DNA of 64,000 nucleotides from Verrucomicrobiota bacterium (lineage in GTDB: Bacteria > Verrucomicrobiota > Verrucomicrobiia > Verrucomicrobiales > V1-33): the NCBI GenBank assembly GCA_039795165.1, contig JBDKER010000003.1, positions 32,376 to 96,375 of the forward strand. The letters run 5' to 3'. The translations under genes were made by a program, and so were the position numbers. Below, piece by piece: positions 60,208 through 64,000 of this stretch. The first letter of the stretch is position 1. Each line of letters begins with the position of its first letter. The notes beneath the pieces were generated by a model. The model ran no database searches. It saw only the letters and a program-made list of their open reading frames with translations, and was not told the DNA's origin.

Positions 60208-60960
60208 TCAGCCGAATTCGCCGTTGAGGTAGCGGCCGGTGATTTCCTTTTCCGGGGAAGTGAACATTTGGGAGGTTTCGCCCCATTCGACGAGGGACGA
60301 AGCGTTGATGAACGCTACGTGGTCGGCCATGCGGCGGGCCTGCTGGGTGAGGTTGGTGACGAGCACGATGGTCATGCGTTCGCGGAGGCGGGAGAGGACC
60401 TCCTCGATCTTCATGGTGGTCACCGGGTCGATGGCGATGGAGAATTCATCGAGGCAGAGGATTTCGGGGTCGAGGGAGAGGGCGCGGGCGAGGGTGAGCC
60501 GCTGCTGCTGGCCACCGGAGAGTCTGGTTCCGAGAAGGTCGAGACGGTCCTTGACCTCGTCCCACAGCACGGAGTCGCGCAGGCAGCGTTCCACGATGGC
60601 GTCGAGGCTGGCGCGGTCGTGGATGCCCATGCGGCGCGGGGCGTAGGCGACGTTGTCGTAGACGCTCATGGGCAGGCCCACGGGGAGGGGGAAGACCATG
60701 CCGATGCGGCGTCGCAGGCCGTAGACATTCCGGATCGCACGGACGTTTTCGCCCGCCACAAAGACATCTCCGCCGACGTGGGCGCTGGTGATGAACTCGA
60801 TGGTGCGGTTGATGGTTTTGAGGAGGGTGGTTTTGCCGGAGTTGGCTGGGCCGACGATTCCGAGGATGGTATTGCGGGGGACCGAGAGGGAGATCCGGTC
60901 GAGCGCGGTGCGTCCGCTGTAGGTTACGGAGACGTCCCTGAATTCGATGTGAGGGGTCAT
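60208..60960 (-). CDS. pstB: Second phosphate ABC ATP-binding protein (canonical signature, degenerate Walker A/Q-loop/H-loop)
   Basis: GPANSGKT, MVFPLP, LWDEVKDRL, LSGGQQQR, LDEFSIAID, VTNL. Confidence 0.88.
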   Translation of the reverse strand: MTPHIEFRDVSVTYSGRTALDRISLSVPRNTILGIVGPANSGKTTLLKTINRTIEFITSAHVGGDVFVAGENVRAIRNVYGLRRRIGMVFPLPVGLPMSVYDNVAYAPRRMGIHDRASLDAIVERCLRDSVLWDEVKDRLDLLGTRLSGGQQQRLTLARALSLDPEILCLDEFSIAIDPVTTMKIEEVLSRLRERMTIVLVTNLTQQARRMADHVAFINASSLVEWGETSQMFTSPEKEITGRYLNGEFG

Positions 60961-60973
60961 GGCGGGAAGAAGC

Positions 60974-61891
60974 TCACCAGCGTTTGCCGCGGCGGAGGCG
61001 CAGTCGCAGGAGGACGGCGGCGCTGTTGATGGTGAGGATGAGGAGGAGCAGGACGAGGGCGCTGCCGAACTTCATGTGGATGGGCATGCCGGGTACGTCG
61101 CGGGCGATGCTGTTGAGGTGCATGGCCATGGCCATGAACTGTTCGTCGAGGCGGTAGGGTGTGAATTTCGCCCAGCCGGAATCCTCTACCCACATGGAGG
61201 CGACGGCTCCGGTGAGCATGATGGGAGCTGTTTCTCCGGCGGCGCGGGCGACGACCAGGATGACGCCAGTGAGGATGCCGCTGATGCTATTGGGCAGCAC
61301 GATGGTGCGGATGGTCTGCCAGCGGGTGGCTCCGAGGTTCCAGCAGGCTTCGCGGAAGTTCCGGGGAACGGCGGCGAGGGCTTCGCGGGTGCTTGTGATG
61401 ATGACCGGCAGCGTCATCACGGCGAGGGTGGCAGCGGCCACGAAGAGACTTTTGTTCATCTTCATGGCGGCGACGAAGGCGCCGAGTCCGAAGAGGGCGT
61501 GGACGATGCTGGGCACGCCGGCGAGGCTGGTCACCGCGATCATGATGGCGCGGGTGAAGCGGTTTTCGGGTGCGTATTCGTTGAGGTAGATGCCCGAGAG
61601 GATGCCGATGGGAGCGACGATTAGGAGGCAGAGCACCGTGAGGTAGAATGTGCCGATGAGGGGGCCCCAGATGCCGCCGGAGGATCCTCCGCGGAGCGGA
61701 TTTTCTGTGAGATACTCCCATGAGAGGGCCGGCCAGCCCTTCACGAAGATGATGCCGATGATCCAGAGCATCGGGATGATGAGGGCGGCACTCATTGCGA
61801 GGAAGACCGACCGCATGATGGCGGTGGTGCGGTCCTTGCGGGCCTCGTGCTCGGTGGGGGCGAAGGGGTTATCGGTCTCAGGTGCTGGCAT
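60974..61891 (-). CDS. pstA: Phosphate ABC permease PstA
   Basis: IYLNEY, LAGVPSIV, LGATRWQTI, ARAAGETAP. Confidence 0.93.
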   Translation of the reverse strand: MPAPETDNPFAPTEHEARKDRTTAIMRSVFLAMSAALIIPMLWIIGIIFVKGWPALSWEYLTENPLRGGSSGGIWGPLIGTFYLTVLCLLIVAPIGILSGIYLNEYAPENRFTRAIMIAVTSLAGVPSIVHALFGLGAFVAAMKMNKSLFVAAATLAVMTLPVIITSTREALAAVPRNFREACWNLGATRWQTIRTIVLPNSISGILTGVILVVARAAGETAPIMLTGAVASMWVEDSGWAKFTPYRLDEQFMAMAMHLNSIARDVPGMPIHMKFGSALVLLLLILTINSAAVLLRLRLRRGKRW

Positions 61892-62861
61892 TGGCTTTGG
61901 CTCCCTTGATGATGAAGTCGGCGATCAGGTTGATGGCGCAGGTGATGACGAGGAGGAGGATGCCGATGAGGAAGAGGACCTGGTAGTGGGGGTGTCCGGG
62001 AGTGGCTTCTCCCATTTCCGCGGCAATGGTGGCGGTGAGCGTCTTGATGGGATCGACGAACGAGGTGGGGATCTGGACGACGTTGCCGGTGGCGAGCAGG
62101 ACGGCCATGGTTTCTCCGACGGCGCGGCCGACACCGAGCATGCAGGCGGCGAGGAGACCATTGCGTGCGGCTGGGAAGAGGACGCGGTAGACGGTTTCCC
62201 ATTTGCTGGCTCCGAGGGCCATGGCGGCTTCCCGGTAGGAATCGGGAACGGCCCGGAGGGCGTCTTCTGAGATGGAGACGATGAGCGGGACGCTCATGAG
62301 GGCGAGGATGATGGCTCCATTGAGGAGGTTGATGCCGAGTTCCGCGCCGGCGTAGCGGATGAGCATGGGGCTGATGATGGTGAGCCCGATGAAGCCCCAG
62401 ACGATGGAGGGGATGGCCGCGAGGATTTCGATGGCAATCTTCATGGTCTCGCGGGTGCGCGGCCCTGCGAATTCGCTGATGTAGATGGCTGCGCCGAGGC
62501 CAAGGGGGACGGCCATGGCCATGGCGACGATGGCGACGGCGAAGTTGCCGATGATGAGGGCGAGGGCACCGTAGCGTGGTTCTGCGCTGGTGGGTCGCCA
62601 TGTGATGGAGCCGAAGAATTCGCTCCAGTTCATGGATGGCAGAATGGGGGCGGCCTCCTGGAGAATGAAGTAGAAGATGGCGGCGACGCAGATGATGGAA
62701 CTCCAGCCGCAGAGCCGGATGAGGAACTCCACCGGTCGTTCCATGAGGTCGGCGAGGTCCGCCCAACCGCGCCGGGAGGCCTGCGGCTGGACGGGGCCTC
62801 CGGCCGGCACCGCGGATGGGGAGCGGGATTCGGCACCGCTTTCCGCTGATGGATTGCTCAT
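61878..62861 (-). CDS. pstC: Phosphate ABC permease PstC
   Basis: AIYISE, LAAIPSIVWG, ALGASKWET, GRAVGETMAV. Confidence 0.93.
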   Translation of the reverse strand: MSNPSAESGAESRSPSAVPAGGPVQPQASRRGWADLADLMERPVEFLIRLCGWSSIICVAAIFYFILQEAAPILPSMNWSEFFGSITWRPTSAEPRYGALALIIGNFAVAIVAMAMAVPLGLGAAIYISEFAGPRTRETMKIAIEILAAIPSIVWGFIGLTIISPMLIRYAGAELGINLLNGAIILALMSVPLIVSISEDALRAVPDSYREAAMALGASKWETVYRVLFPAARNGLLAACMLGVGRAVGETMAVLLATGNVVQIPTSFVDPIKTLTATIAAEMGEATPGHPHYQVLFLIGILLLVITCAINLIADFIIKGAKANAST

Positions 62862-62891
62862 GGATGGGTGGACTTGTTGGGGGTGGCGGGG

Positions 62892-63779
62892 TCAGGGAAG
62901 CGGGACGCAGGCGGCGTCGGCGACGACCTTCTGGCCATCGGGGGAGCGGACCCAGTCGATGAACTTCCTGATTTCGGGGGAGGGTTCTCCGAGGGTGTAC
63001 ATGTAGAGTTTACGGGAGAGGGGGTACTTGCCGGACTGGGCGTCTGCGACCGAGGGCAGGACTGCTGGTTCGCCGGCTTTTTTCGAGATGGCGAGCCACT
63101 TCACCTTGTCGGTTTTGAAGGCCATGCCGTCGTAGGCGATGGCATTTTTGGTCGAAGCGAGGGTATCGACGACTGCCTGAGAGCTGTTCATTTCGGCGAT
63201 GCCGCTGCGGAAATCCTTCATTTTGCCCTTCTTGGGTCCGTCGGCGAATTTTCCGTTCACGGTTTCGCCGAAGTACTCGAAGGTTCCGGAATTGGATTCG
63301 CGGCCGAGGAGTTTGATTTCGCCGGTGATGCTTCCGGGCGCGAGCGCTTCCCATGTGGTCACGGAGCCTTCCGAGGAGTAGATGGAGTTGAGTTGTTCCA
63401 CGGAGATTTCCTTGAGGGGGTTCTCCGGGTGGACGAAGACAGCGAGGGCATCGATGGCGACTTCGAATTCGGTGGGTGTCTTGCCGTGTTTCTTCTGAAT
63501 TTCCTCGGCTTCTTCCGGCTTCATGCGGCGGCTGGAGTTGGCGATCTGGATGCGGCCTTCCTTGAGTTCATTGATGCCCTGGCCGGAGCCACCGAGGGAG
63601 ACCGTGATGCTGACGGAGGGATCGACCTTGCGGTAGGCTTCCGAGAGCATGGTGACGACTGGGCCGAGGGTGGTGGATCCGGCGGCATTGATCTGGAGGC
63701 GTTGTCCGCCGGAGCGGCCGCAGGAGACGAGGACGACGGAAGCGAGAGCTGCGCAGGAGAGGAAGGTGGAGCGTTTCAT
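62892..63779 (-). CDS. pstS: Phosphate-binding lipoprotein PstS
   Basis: Lipobox LVSC; GSTT, GGSGQG, ANSSR, RESNSGT, YPLSRKLY. Confidence 0.93.
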   Translation of the reverse strand: MKRSTFLSCAALASVVLVSCGRSGGQRLQINAAGSTTLGPVVTMLSEAYRKVDPSVSITVSLGGSGQGINELKEGRIQIANSSRRMKPEEAEEIQKKHGKTPTEFEVAIDALAVFVHPENPLKEISVEQLNSIYSSEGSVTTWEALAPGSITGEIKLLGRESNSGTFEYFGETVNGKFADGPKKGKMKDFRSGIAEMNSSQAVVDTLASTKNAIAYDGMAFKTDKVKWLAISKKAGEPAVLPSVADAQSGKYPLSRKLYMYTLGEPSPEIRKFIDWVRSPDGQKVVADAACVPLP

Positions 63780-63880
63780 GGAGGGGGGCCTTTCTGGAAA
63801 GGATCGGGGAGGGGTTCTGGCGGGTTTGGGGATGTTTATTTACGTTGTGGAGGAATGGGCTGAGTTGCCATGCGTGCCGT

Positions 63881-63898
63881 GTGTCATTTTCGTCACGG
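63881..63898 (-). promoter_or_regulatory. Pho-box-like site upstream of pstS
   Basis: Minus strand CCGTGAC-GAAA-ATGACAC; near-copy of the phoU-upstream motif. Confidence 0.45.
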
Positions 63899-63916
63899 CG
63901 GCGCGTGATGGTTCCG

Positions 63917-64000
63917 TCAGTAGTTCCACTGGAGCTGGAAGCTGATGCGGTCGGCGTCTTCGACGGTATTGTAGGGGGCGACGCTGGTATTGGTCCGTTC
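63917..64000 (-). CDS. C-terminal fragment of probable outer-membrane beta-barrel/porin (continues beyond window)
   Basis: Translates ...ERTNTSVAPYNTVEDADRISFQLQWNY-stop, an alternating terminal strand ending in an aromatic residue; absent from the ORF track. Confidence 0.6.
   Translation of the reverse strand, partial: ERTNTSVAPYNTVEDADRISFQLQWNY

Overview
A GC-rich (~65%, visual estimate) bacterial chromosomal segment. Gene content (CotH/lamin-tail secreted protein with a C-terminal D-x-D-G-D-G...F-x-R domain, DUF1552, LacI-AraC regulator) suggests Verrucomicrobia/PVC; this is inference. About 62 CDSs are supported. No rRNA, tRNA, CRISPR array, integrase or transposase was recognised. Main blocks: a CotH multidomain protein; a DUF2092 plus repeat-protein pair; ppk2; ptsI divergent from a galK-ytfR-ytfT-yjfF-ytfQ-GH5-GH43-GH(MGH1-like) locus (probable furanose-sugar utilisation); a P450 divergent from a Fur-family/suf operon; lemA-gcvH-like-EamA-folP-ecsC; rplM-rpsI-tmk-MFS-K+ channel; typA; rfbA; a sialidase-like gene with regulators; sigma54-driven glnK-amtB; and pstS-C-A-B-B-phoU. 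The most notable observations are: (1) a three-gene cassette (DUF4177, an RQSSPFAG helical protein, and a DUF6036-type nucleotidyltransferase resembling AbiEii/MenT toxins) translationally coupled inside the suf operon between sufB and sufD; (2) two PstB ATPases whose degenerate motifs all map to one composite ATP site, implying an asymmetric heterodimer; (3) a candidate galactofuranose catabolic locus; (4) an ICE-like operator between the P450 and suf genes, twin Pho-box-like sites, and a composite REP-like intergenic region. Start codons were adjusted by eye from the ORF track. Family names come from motif recognition, not database searches.
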